From: Candidatus Caccoplasma sp.
GTDB taxonomy: Bacteria; Bacteroidota; Bacteroidia; Bacteroidales; G3-4614
NCBI GenBank assembly: GCA_045654605.1
Contig: JAZONU010000165.1
Span: 1-41,079 of the forward strand
Length of the DNA stretch: 41,079 bases
Reading direction: 5' to 3'
In this document: in pieces, positions 25,504 through 34,059 of the stretch
Position numbering within the stretch: the stretch's first letter is position 1
Layout: each line of letters opens with the position of its first letter
Made by a program: the position numbers and the translations under genes
The notes under the pieces: model-generated
Seen by the model: only the letters and a program-made list of their open reading frames with translations
Told to the model about the DNA's origin: nothing
Databases searched by the model: none

Positions 25504-25535
25504 GGCTTATCAGTTTATGGTAAGCCTTTTCTTTT
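25504..25535 (+). terminator. Rho-independent terminator
   Basis: GGCTTATC-agtttat-GGTAAGCC followed by TTTTCTTTT. Confidence 0.7.
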
Positions 25536-25540
25536 GAAAG

Positions 25541-25548
25541 TATGTTTA
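25541..25548 (+). promoter_or_regulatory. TATGTTTA box
   Basis: Follows the terminator directly; 19 nt before the ATG at 25568. Confidence 0.5.
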
Positions 25549-25567
25549 AAGAAATAAGCAATCAGAT

Positions 25568-25744
25568 ATGATATACAGTCAAATAAACGGGATGGAAGGT
25601 TACTATGAGTTGGTTGCTGATAACGGTGATAAGATGCTTATACCGTCAACCAATATAATCATAGTTAACGATGGGAGTGGTTTGCTCTCTATAAAAAACA
25701 CAGCCTCAAGGTGTACAGTTGCACTTGTGAGAGATAATAATTAA
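25568..25744 (+). CDS. Small hypothetical protein (58 aa, below the ORF-track cutoff)
   Basis: Hand translation: MIYSQINGMEGYYELVADNGDKMLIPSTNIIIVNDGSGLLSIKNTASRCTVALVRDNN-stop. It is preceded by a TATGTTTA box at the usual spacing. Confidence 0.4.
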   Translation: MIYSQINGMEGYYELVADNGDKMLIPSTNIIIVNDGSGLLSIKNTASRCTVALVRDNN

Positions 25745-25771
25745 TAATAATTGAGATAGTTTCAAAATATT

Positions 25772-27484
25772 ATGTCTGCAAATAAGATTCAATTAACAAA
25801 AAACGATGAGTCAGTACTCTTTACCTTCACTGACTCCAAACATTACCTTACCGGTAATGGACGAATTGAAGTGCCTTTGAACAGCCTATCGCTTGTTATC
25901 GATTCAAGCGACATGGTGACATTTAGAAAGGCTGCATCAAATGACATCTTCGTATCAGCACCTATCAGCGACTTTGGAATGTCAAAGGCTGAAATAGAGG
26001 AGTGGTACGCAGAGAATATGGTGGGTGCATCCGGAGGTGGTGGTATTGACCCTGAGACACTTGCTGAATTGGTATCAAGCGCTGAATATGTATCATCTTC
26101 TTCTACCATCGATTTTAAGAATGTCGACGGTGAGGTGATAAGCACAATAAACGCAGAACCTTTTATCACCGATGGTATGGTGGATAATGTTCAGATAAGC
26201 GGTAATAACCTTGTCATAACCTTTAATGTTGATGCGGGTAAACAACCTATTAGTATTCCACTGTCAAGCATATTTGACCCAAGCAACTACTATGATAAGA
26301 GCGCAACAGATACGCTTCTCAGTGGTAAGGTGGCTGTAACTGATTACAACACATATACGGCTGCTACCAATACCGCATTAAGTGGAAAGGCTGATGTATC
26401 TGCTGTAACGGCTATCGCTGATTCACTTAGTGGTAAGCAAGATACATTGCTATTCTATACCGAGGAAGACAATACTGAGGACGGTACAAAGGATGCTATG
26501 ATTGAGACGGTTATTGAAGACACTGAGAACGGTGTAACAAAAACTGCATATGTAGAGTCACTTGTAAATGATTATTCTCCATTTGCTGAAATATATGCTT
26601 CTACTGAAGTTAACAATAGCGAAGAGTCATATCAAAAAAGTGCTGATGTATATGTTGATTCAGAAGATGGCCTTTATCTTGGTTATCAGACACAAGACGA
26701 TAATGAACAGACTTACTCTGAAGCTAAATTAGAAATTGGTGCTAATGGTATTTCTCTAAATGTAGATAACGGAGAAGATATTGTATCCTTTAACGTCACC
26801 GCTGATGGTGTTGATATTGATGGTGATGCCGTTGTTACAGAATCCCAACTTATTGACTATGCTACGGTAGCATCACTTAGTGGAAAGCAAGACACCCTCA
26901 TTGCCGGTAGTGGAATAACCATAAGTGGAAATGTTATCAGTGCTGATGGTGGAAGTAGTGATCCTAACAAGTTGGATGTAACGGCATTTACCGCATACAG
27001 TGCTGCAACTTCTACCGCAATAAGTGGAAAGGCTAACGCAAGCGATGTGGTGTCAATATCCGATTATGATGAGGCTCAGAGAGTGACTGCAACAGCCCTT
27101 AATGACCTAAATGATAGGAAACAAGACACCCTTGTAGCCGGTAGTGGAATTACCATAAGTGGAAATGTTATCAGTGCTGATGGTGGAGGTGGTTCGATAA
27201 CAATTGACCAAACCCTTGACAGTGGTTCGACAAATGCTGTTGCAAATAGCGCGATAACGGATGCAATAGATGCTGTTTCTGATGCATTAAGTGGAAAGGT
27301 GGATACATCTGCTGTAACAAGTTCTGTAACAAGCGGTTCAACAGATGTTGTAACAAGTGGTGGTGTATATGAGCAGATGGGTGGTCTGAAACTTAGGAAA
27401 CTAACACAAGCCCAATATGATGACCTTGTTACGAAGGATGATAATACCCTTTACATCATAACTAATGTTGTTAATAACGCTTAA
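25772..27484 (+). CDS. Tail fibre protein
   Basis: Repeated xxALSGKADVSAV / SLSGKQDTLIAGSGITISGNVISADGG segments, and the C-terminal LTQAQYDDLVTKDDNTLYIITN typical of fibre tips. Confidence 0.7.
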   Translation: MSANKIQLTKNDESVLFTFTDSKHYLTGNGRIEVPLNSLSLVIDSSDMVTFRKAASNDIFVSAPISDFGMSKAEIEEWYAENMVGASGGGGIDPETLAELVSSAEYVSSSSTIDFKNVDGEVISTINAEPFITDGMVDNVQISGNNLVITFNVDAGKQPISIPLSSIFDPSNYYDKSATDTLLSGKVAVTDYNTYTAATNTALSGKADVSAVTAIADSLSGKQDTLLFYTEEDNTEDGTKDAMIETVIEDTENGVTKTAYVESLVNDYSPFAEIYASTEVNNSEESYQKSADVYVDSEDGLYLGYQTQDDNEQTYSEAKLEIGANGISLNVDNGEDIVSFNVTADGVDIDGDAVVTESQLIDYATVASLSGKQDTLIAGSGITISGNVISADGGSSDPNKLDVTAFTAYSAATSTAISGKANASDVVSISDYDEAQRVTATALNDLNDRKQDTLVAGSGITISGNVISADGGGGSITIDQTLDSGSTNAVANSAITDAIDAVSDALSGKVDTSAVTSSVTSGSTDVVTSGGVYEQMGGLKLRKLTQAQYDDLVTKDDNTLYIITNVVNNA

Positions 27485-27501
27485 AATAATATATAAGAAA
27501 T

Positions 27502-28533
27502 ATGGCAAATAAATATATACAAGCATATGCAACTGAGGCGGCTTATAACGCTGCAAGCAAACCAAGTCCTAATGTATCGTTCGTATATGCAACAGATAAG
27601 TTATACTACAACGGTGAAGAACATCAAATGCCTATTGATTACTCGACAAAGTATCTGACATTTGTCGCGTTGGAAGACGGAACGATTAGCTGTAGTTATA
27701 ATTATAGAAATCTTTATTATTCATTGAATAGCGGTACTACTTGGACAAATTATACCGGTCAAGTGACGGTACAGAGTGGTAGTACTATTATGTGGAAGAG
27801 CAACGCCCCAATTGTTACTTATGCAAAAAACATCTCATTTTCTTCAACGGGGTTGATTAATATTGAAGGGAATGCACTGTCTCTTATTTACGGTGATGAT
27901 TTTATAGGTAAAACAACCATTAGTACAGCGAAGAACCAAGAAGACTTCAAGGGGGCATTTGGCGCGTTAAAAATAGTGAGCGCTGAGAACCTAATTTTAC
28001 TCGCTGCTAACACAAGTAGTTGTTATCAAGACGCTTTTGCAGGGTGTTCAACAATGACAATACCGCCAAAACTTCCTGCAACGGAATTGGGAGGTACTTG
28101 TTATGGTAATATGTTCGCAAGTTGTACGGGTCTAACTACTGCTCCTGAGCTTCCTGCAACTACATTGGCGCAACAATGCTATTGGAGAATGTTCTATGGT
28201 TGCACAAGTCTAACTACAGCACCTGAACTTCCTGCAACTACATTGGCAAATTGGTGTTATAATTATATGTTCAGTGGTTGTACAAGTCTAACAACAGCAC
28301 CTTCAATACTTCCTGCAACTACATTGACAACTTCTTGTTATAGTTATATGTTCAATGGTTGTACAAACATTAATTCCGTAACTTGCCTTGCAACTTCGAA
28401 TATAATTAGTTCAAATATTGGTTATTGGCTTGATGGTGTTGCTGCAACCGGTACATTCACAAAGAAAGCGGGAGTCACTTGGCCAAGTGGAGCAAGTGGT
28501 ATCCCTACGGGTTGGACTGTGGTAGAGGTCTAA
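27502..28533 (+). CDS. DUF285/BspA-type 26-residue-repeat receptor-binding protein
   Basis: Four units LPATxLxxxCYxxMFxGCTSLTTAPE (28072 onward), then the conserved end VTCLAT...W..GVAATGTFTK...GIPTGWTVV. It is a paralogue of 29503..30999. Confidence 0.75.
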   Translation: MANKYIQAYATEAAYNAASKPSPNVSFVYATDKLYYNGEEHQMPIDYSTKYLTFVALEDGTISCSYNYRNLYYSLNSGTTWTNYTGQVTVQSGSTIMWKSNAPIVTYAKNISFSSTGLINIEGNALSLIYGDDFIGKTTISTAKNQEDFKGAFGALKIVSAENLILLAANTSSCYQDAFAGCSTMTIPPKLPATELGGTCYGNMFASCTGLTTAPELPATTLAQQCYWRMFYGCTSLTTAPELPATTLANWCYNYMFSGCTSLTTAPSILPATTLTTSCYSYMFNGCTNINSVTCLATSNIISSNIGYWLDGVAATGTFTKKAGVTWPSGASGIPTGWTVVEV

Positions 28534-28562
28534 CGCGTTAACCTAACCTAAATAACTAAAAG

Positions 28563-28603
28563 CCCATCACCATCAAATAAAAGGGTGGTGGATGGGTTTT
28601 TTT
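28563..28603. terminator. Bidirectional terminator between convergent genes
   Basis: CCCATCACCATC / GGTGGTGGATGGG stem (one bulge), flanked by an A-run on the left and T7 on the right. Confidence 0.7.
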
Positions 28604-28654
28604 AATAATAATATAACAATTATATATTTTATGAGTATAAAAATTGGCGATACG

Positions 28655-29452
28655 TTATGATGCGTACCGCCATTTATATTTTCCTGCACTTATCTTTTTT
28701 CCTCTGCAACATTTAGAAATGTCACCATCATCTATGCCGGTTTGTCTTTCTGCCTCCATTATTGATTCGTACCTTGCTACAAGTGTCGTACCGTCAAGTT
28801 CTAATTGTTCAACTGCTTTTAGTAACCAATATGGTTTTCTCCCCTTTCTTTTTTCACTCATCTTTTTCTTGGCTTCTTCTGAGTGATGTTTGCCAAGCAT
28901 ACTTTGTTCTCCTTTATTTGATTCACTAATCTTCATACGAGTTTCTTCTGAAGTGGTATGACCTTTTTTCGTTTCGCTCATTTTTTTTATAGACTCTTCT
29001 GAGTGATGCTTACCGTACATTGGATTCTTTTCACCTTTCAAGCCTCTATGGTGCAAACTGATATGCTCACTATGTGTTAGCCAACACAAATTTGATATTG
29101 AGTTATTCCTCGGATTATGGTCTTTATGATGAACAACCAACCGTTCACTGCTGTCTAATAATTCATTTGGTATTGGCACAAACATTTCGGCTATCAAACA
29201 ATGAAGATGTTTTGAAATTCGTTTTCCATTTTCTAAGATGAAGCCATATTTTTTATATCCGCCTTTATTAGTACTCCCATCAACTTTCTTCAAGTCACCA
29301 TTCTTTTTAATTCTCCATAGCGACCAATCATTTTCTCCCTCTCCCTTTCCGAGTAGGTGGTCATCTAAACCATCGATATTATAAAAAGTATAATTATTCA
29401 TATAACGCGTTATTTTATAAAATATAGTGTTTTGAACGGTTTTTTCAAACAT
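28655..29452 (-). CDS. HNH homing endonuclease (NUMOD4-like N-terminus, HNH, three NUMOD3-like units, NUMOD1-like HTH)
   Basis: VVHHKDHNPRNNSISNLCWLTHSEH is the HNH motif. GEKNPMYGKHHSEESIKKMSE, KGHTTSEETRMKISE and LGKHHSEEAKKKMSE are the repeats. The C-terminus is FxSxxEAERQTGIDDGDISKCCRGKKISAGKYKWRY. An alternative start is the ATG at 29401. Confidence 0.9.
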   Translation of the reverse strand: MFEKTVQNTIFYKITRYMNNYTFYNIDGLDDHLLGKGEGENDWSLWRIKKNGDLKKVDGSTNKGGYKKYGFILENGKRISKHLHCLIAEMFVPIPNELLDSSERLVVHHKDHNPRNNSISNLCWLTHSEHISLHHRGLKGEKNPMYGKHHSEESIKKMSETKKGHTTSEETRMKISESNKGEQSMLGKHHSEEAKKKMSEKRKGRKPYWLLKAVEQLELDGTTLVARYESIMEAERQTGIDDGDISKCCRGKKISAGKYKWRYAS

Positions 29453-29472
29453 TTTCCTTTAATCTCGAAAAG

Positions 29473-29480
29473 TATGTTTA
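29473..29480 (+). promoter_or_regulatory. TATGTTTA box
   Basis: 22 nt before the ATG at 29503. Confidence 0.5.
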
Positions 29481-29502
29481 TAATGTAAAACAATAGTTTA
29501 TT

Positions 29503-30999
29503 ATGAGTATAAAAATTGGTTCGAACGATATAAGCAAGATATACCTTGGCTCTACAGAGATTGAGAAGATATACCAAGGTAGCACCGTCATATATTCAGG
29601 AGGTAGTGAACCGACACCACCAAGTTATGATACACAATACCTTACTTTTAGGGCTTTGGAGAGTGGTACGTTCAAATTCAGTGGTACAACGCCAACAACG
29701 GCAAATACATTGCAGTACTCAGTGGACAGCGGTGCAACATGGAATACCCTTGCCTTTAATACTGATAGCCCAACGGTACAAAGTGGTGGTACAATTATGT
29801 GGAAGGCAAGTGGATTGGCAACGGACACAAATAATGGAACATTGAAGTTTATTTCAACGGGTCGTTTTGAGGCTGAGGGAAATGTTATGTCACTCATAAG
29901 CGGTGATACATTCACAAGCGCAACAACAATACCAAGTAATAATTATTTCCATTGGTTATTTAATGGATGTTCGGGATTGACGAGTGCGGAAAACATGGTA
30001 CTCCCTGCAACTACATTGGCAGTGGGTTGTTATAGTCAAATGTTCCAAGGTTGTACAAGTCTAACAACCCCGCCACAGCTTCCTGCAACCACATTGGCAA
30101 ATAGTTGCTATTCATATATGTTCAATGGTTGTACGTCTTTGGCAACTGCGCCTGAACTTCCTGCTACTACATTGGCAGATTGGTGTTATAGCGGTATGTT
30201 CCAAGGTTGTACAAATCTAACAACGGCACCACAGCTTCCTGCAACCACATTAACAAATAGTTGCTATCAAAATATGTTCTATGCCTGTACAAGCCTAACA
30301 ACAGCACCTGAACTTCCTGCAACAACATTAGCAGATTATTGTTATTATAGTATGTTCGAAAATTGCTCAAGCCTAACTACAGCACCACAACTCCCTGCAA
30401 CTACGTTGGCAGAATGTTGTTATCAAGGTATGTTCGAAAATTGCTCAAGCCTAACTACAGCACCACAACTCCCTGCTACCACATTGGCAGATTATTGTTA
30501 TTATAGTATGTTCGACAGTTGTACAAGCCTTAATTCCATTACTTGTCTTGCAACGGATATAAGTGCAGTCGATTGTACCACAAGTTGGGTGAATGGTGTT
30601 GCTTCAACAGGTACATTTACGTCTGCCGTAGGAATGGCTGATTGGAGGTGTGGCAAAAATGGTATACCTACCGATTGGACGGTTGTAGGTGGTGAGCCTT
30701 GCCAAGGTGGTGGCGATGTAGTGGTTGAATTGAATGCTGATGTAGACCTCAATCAATGGTGCGGTGTCGAATTGCCGCAATATTTGATAAATTTTGATCG
30801 CATGATTAATGGTAGTTTATATTTTAATGATAATGACTCAGATGCTTGTGATGGGAGTTTTTATATGGGGCAAGAGGTAGACATGAGATTTTCTTCTCCT
30901 CCAATTGACTTGGATAATTACAGATACCTATGTGCTTTGCAACCGAACTTTTTTGACTATCCCAACACTCTCTACTTCTCAGATGACCCTGACGCATAA
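29503..30999 (+). CDS. DUF285/BspA-type 26-residue-repeat receptor-binding protein with an extra C-terminal domain
   Basis: Seven LPATTLAxxCYxxMFxxCxSLTTAPQ/E units, the conserved ITCLAT...WVNGVASTGTFT...GIPTDWTVV, then a roughly 95-aa extension absent from 27502..28533. Confidence 0.75.
   Translation: MSIKIGSNDISKIYLGSTEIEKIYQGSTVIYSGGSEPTPPSYDTQYLTFRALESGTFKFSGTTPTTANTLQYSVDSGATWNTLAFNTDSPTVQSGGTIMWKASGLATDTNNGTLKFISTGRFEAEGNVMSLISGDTFTSATTIPSNNYFHWLFNGCSGLTSAENMVLPATTLAVGCYSQMFQGCTSLTTPPQLPATTLANSCYSYMFNGCTSLATAPELPATTLADWCYSGMFQGCTNLTTAPQLPATTLTNSCYQNMFYACTSLTTAPELPATTLADYCYYSMFENCSSLTTAPQLPATTLAECCYQGMFENCSSLTTAPQLPATTLADYCYYSMFDSCTSLNSITCLATDISAVDCTTSWVNGVASTGTFTSAVGMADWRCGKNGIPTDWTVVGGEPCQGGGDVVVELNADVDLNQWCGVELPQYLINFDRMINGSLYFNDNDSDACDGSFYMGQEVDMRFSSPPIDLDNYRYLCALQPNFFDYPNTLYFSDDPDA
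30001..30546 (+). repeat. In-frame 78-nt (26-codon) tandem repeat array, seven units
   Basis: Units start at 30001 with a 78-nt period. 30352..30398 and 30430..30476 are identical over 47 nt. Confidence 0.85.
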
Positions 31000-31032
31000 C
31001 CACATTTAATCACAATACTACTACTTATAAAG

Positions 31033-31067
31033 GGCGATGGGTAAATAATACTTATCGCCTTTTTTTA
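31033..31067 (+). terminator. Rho-independent terminator
   Basis: GGCGAT(GG) / (TT)ATCGCC stem followed by T8. Confidence 0.65.
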
Positions 31068-31096
31068 TCCATAAAAACGCGTTATTTATCCATAAA

Positions 31097-31104
31097 TATG
31101 TTTA
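31097..31104 (+). promoter_or_regulatory. TATGTTTA box
   Basis: 29 nt after the terminator and 24 nt before the ATG at 31129. Confidence 0.5.
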
Positions 31105-31128
31105 ATATAGAATAAAATATTTATATTT

Positions 31129-32370
31129 ATGGGACGTAAACAAGGAAGTCTTAATAAGCCAAAAATAACCGGTAACAACCTATCTGTCTTACGTTTTGAG
31201 AAGCAGATAGAAGGATCCGCGATAACGCGTAAGAATACAGCGTATGATTTCATATCATGGGGTCAGCGTAACACATATCCTGACATACTCTTAGGGCTAT
31301 ATAACGAAAGCCCAACTCATCATGCAGCAATACAGTTTGAGGTTGCAAGCATCATAGGCAATGGTGTTGACTATGAGGCAATGAAACTTGACGGTAGTCA
31401 GGTATTCCCTAATTACGCGTATTCATATGATGAACTGATACGAAACCTTGCACTTGATTTCAGTCTATACGGTAGTTACGCGCTACAGATAATTAAGAAC
31501 AAGGATGGAAAGTCGTACAGTTTTTGGCATATGCCTATGGACAAAGTACGCTGTGCGCCTTATGACGAAGACGGTCAAATAACTCAGTACGCGATAAGCA
31601 ACGATTGGAGTAAGATATCACAGAATCCCCCTATATGGTTAGATAGTTTTGACATGAGGGACGAAAGCACCATCGAAAAGGGTAAGCCTTATCTGTATGT
31701 ATATAGGAAGTACAGCCCAACTATGGAGTACTACACAAGCCCTACATACCAAGCAGCAATTAAGGCAATCGAAAGCGAATGCGAATACATGAATTTTGAT
31801 CTTCGTACAACGGTTAATAACTTTGTTCCATCAGGTATGCTGTTGCTGAATGAGGTAGAGACAGACGAACAACGAAGAGAGGTAATAGACAACGTACAAC
31901 GAATGTTCACCTCTTCAGAGGGAGCAAATAGCGTTATGATTGCTTTTCGTTCAAATGTGGAGGAGATTAAGCCGGAGTTTATCCCATTCACTGCAAGTCA
32001 GACAAATGTTGACTTATATTCGAATGCGAATCAAAGGAATATCAATAGGATATTAGCCGGTCATCAGATACCAAATGCATCACTCATAGGAATGCCCGAT
32101 GTTAATAACAGTGGTTTTGCCTCAGAAGCCGATAAGTTAGAGACCGCATACCAACTCTATCAGAAGGTGGTTGGTAACTATAACCGTTCATGCGTCATTA
32201 AGACTATCAACGACATGTTTCGTCTGAATGGTGTCAATGTTGAAATTATCATGAAGCCACTTGTCTTTAATGACTTTGGTTCAGATAACGATACGGCTAA
32301 TGATACCACAAGCACTGACGCGAATCAAGACACATCCACCGGTAACATCGAAGAACAAGTGACGGTTTGA
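31129..32370 (+). CDS. Portal protein candidate
   Basis: 413 aa. Its size, acidic C-terminus and position just upstream of the XkdF-like protease/scaffold support the call, as does a general resemblance to portal-family sequences (DFSLYGSYALQIIKNKDGK...). Confidence 0.6.
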   Translation: MGRKQGSLNKPKITGNNLSVLRFEKQIEGSAITRKNTAYDFISWGQRNTYPDILLGLYNESPTHHAAIQFEVASIIGNGVDYEAMKLDGSQVFPNYAYSYDELIRNLALDFSLYGSYALQIIKNKDGKSYSFWHMPMDKVRCAPYDEDGQITQYAISNDWSKISQNPPIWLDSFDMRDESTIEKGKPYLYVYRKYSPTMEYYTSPTYQAAIKAIESECEYMNFDLRTTVNNFVPSGMLLLNEVETDEQRREVIDNVQRMFTSSEGANSVMIAFRSNVEEIKPEFIPFTASQTNVDLYSNANQRNINRILAGHQIPNASLIGMPDVNNSGFASEADKLETAYQLYQKVVGNYNRSCVIKTINDMFRLNGVNVEIIMKPLVFNDFGSDNDTANDTTSTDANQDTSTGNIEEQVTV

Positions 32371-32407
32371 GGATTCCATAATTGTATAAAGAAAAAAGAA
32401 TAATAAT

Positions 32408-32944
32408 ATGATTATCAATAAAAAATATTTAAAGGAGAAATCTCCAATTCCTATCAACTACCAACTTGATGAACTCATGAACTATGTACCCGTTGCTGAA
32501 GCCATTTGGGTTAAGCCGGTAATTGGTGATGACTTCTATGACGAACTTCAAGAGCAAGTGGAAGAAGACGCGTTAACTGAGGAAAACGCAACATTACTTA
32601 TTGACATTCTTTGGCAGTACCTATCATATGCAACGGTATTGGAAGGATTACCCGTTATTTGGGCGAACTTTTCTCAAGTTGGCATAACGCTTGGAAAGTC
32701 AGAAAATTCTGAGTCAGTGAGCCTTAAGGATATGACTTACATCGAACAGCACATAAGAAGGCAAGTTGAGGTACTTAAAGATCAACTGTACGACTACCTT
32801 GAGACACACCTTGAGTCATTCCCATTGTATCATTCAAGGAACTGCACATGTAACAAGTGTTGCACAAAGAATGGCAAACTGAATACCCCAAACCCTATGC
32901 AACAGATATACGGTATGAGGAGAAAATGCACCAATCTTAAGTAA
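32408..32944 (+). CDS. Hypothetical head-associated protein
   Basis: 178-aa ORF between the portal and the protease. No motif recognised. Confidence 0.4.
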   Translation: MIINKKYLKEKSPIPINYQLDELMNYVPVAEAIWVKPVIGDDFYDELQEQVEEDALTEENATLLIDILWQYLSYATVLEGLPVIWANFSQVGITLGKSENSESVSLKDMTYIEQHIRRQVEVLKDQLYDYLETHLESFPLYHSRNCTCNKCCTKNGKLNTPNPMQQIYGMRRKCTNLK

Positions 32945-32949
32945 TAAAG

Positions 32950-32957
32950 TATGTTTA
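32950..32957 (+). promoter_or_regulatory. TATGTTTA box
   Basis: 19 nt before the ATG at 32977. Confidence 0.5.
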
Positions 32958-32976
32958 AAGTAAATAGAGTACTATT

Positions 32977-34005
32977 ATGGCAAAACGTAGAAAGAAATAT
33001 AAGGTAGGTATTGATTCAGAGACTTACGCGATAAGCCTTGTCATGGATCCTGCAATAGAGGAAGATTTTATCTACATGTCTGAGCAAGAACCGGTAAAGA
33101 TACAAATGGCATCAGATGAGAAGCATATGTTATACGGTGCTGTACTTGTTCCTGACAAACCAATATACCGTATATCAGAGGATGGTGAGGAATATTACCT
33201 TCAGTTTACTGCTGAGTCCATAGAAAAGATGTCCCAAGACTTCATGAAGGAATACCGTCAACATAACATGACAATCGATCATGAAGAGGAAGCAACAGAG
33301 GTATATGTTGTGGAGTCATGGATTAAGGAAGACCTGTATAAGGATAAGTCAGTGGCATTGGGCTTGAATGAGCAATTGCCGGTGGGAACATGGTTCATCG
33401 GGACAAAGATAAACAACGTTGAGACATGGGAGAAGGTTAAGAACGGTGAATTGAAGGGATTCTCGGTCGAGAGCATGATACAGTTGGAGGATTTTGCAAA
33501 GATAAGCGATGATAATAAAGATAGCGAAAATATGATTGATTTAAGTGAGGTAACGGCAAAGGATTTCATTGATAAGGTTAAGAGCCTTATTGCCGATGCA
33601 TGGAATAGCAAAGAAGAAGAGGTGGTGGAAGATACGGTTAATGTTGCGATGGAAGAAACACCAACAGTTACAGAGACTGTGGCAGAGACTGTAGTAGAGA
33701 CTCCTGAAGAGCCGATCGCCCCTGAGGTGGTAGAGCAGCCCAAAGTGGAAGAGATCGCGGCTCCTGAGAGTAGCGATGTGGCAAATGAAGAGCCAAAAGT
33801 GGATGCGCATTTAGAAGAGTTGATTAAAAATCTCACTGCTGAGATTGCAGCACTCAAGGAGGCAAACAACGGTCTAACCGAAAAGGTTAAGGAAATGAGC
33901 CATGAGCCATCAACCAAGCCAATAACCGTCAATGGAAAGCCAAATGGCGGTGGTGACGCGTATCAGCAATGGCGATCAACAATGAAAGAACTCTTAGGCA
34001 GATAA
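32977..34005 (+). CDS. XkdF-like prohead protease fused to an acidic scaffold-like C-terminus
   Basis: The N-terminal YAISLVMDPAIEEDFIYM...LYGAVLVPDKPIYR...DHEEEATEVYVVESW resembles XkdF/S78-type proteins. The C-terminal half is E/V/T/P-rich with a coiled-coil (LEELIKNLTAEIAALKEANNGLTEKVKE). Confidence 0.65.
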   Translation: MAKRRKKYKVGIDSETYAISLVMDPAIEEDFIYMSEQEPVKIQMASDEKHMLYGAVLVPDKPIYRISEDGEEYYLQFTAESIEKMSQDFMKEYRQHNMTIDHEEEATEVYVVESWIKEDLYKDKSVALGLNEQLPVGTWFIGTKINNVETWEKVKNGELKGFSVESMIQLEDFAKISDDNKDSENMIDLSEVTAKDFIDKVKSLIADAWNSKEEEVVEDTVNVAMEETPTVTETVAETVVETPEEPIAPEVVEQPKVEEIAAPESSDVANEEPKVDAHLEELIKNLTAEIAALKEANNGLTEKVKEMSHEPSTKPITVNGKPNGGGDAYQQWRSTMKELLGR

Positions 34006-34027
34006 CCAAATTTATTAACGGTTAAAA

Positions 34028-34059
34028 GGGTGCGTACCGTAATGGTATACACCCTTTTT
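34028..34059 (+). terminator. Rho-independent terminator ending the + strand late region
   Basis: GGGTGCGTACC-gtaat-GGTATACACCC (one mismatch) followed by TTTTT. Confidence 0.75.

Noticed and set aside
30001-30546. Regular 78-nt periodic repeats could be mistaken for a CRISPR-like array; the same applies to the LRR units in 22590..24480.
   Set aside because: The repeats are contiguous with no unique spacers, lie in one long open reading frame and translate into a protein repeat motif.
19158-30999. A diversity-generating retroelement (template/variable repeat pair) or a shufflon/invertible system acting on the fibre genes.
   Set aside because: No reverse transcriptase or invertase gene is present. 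The nucleotide repeats seen are in-frame LRR units or direct repeats, not a TR/VR pair with adenine-specific mismatches. I saw no inverted repeats flanking a fibre segment or promoter.
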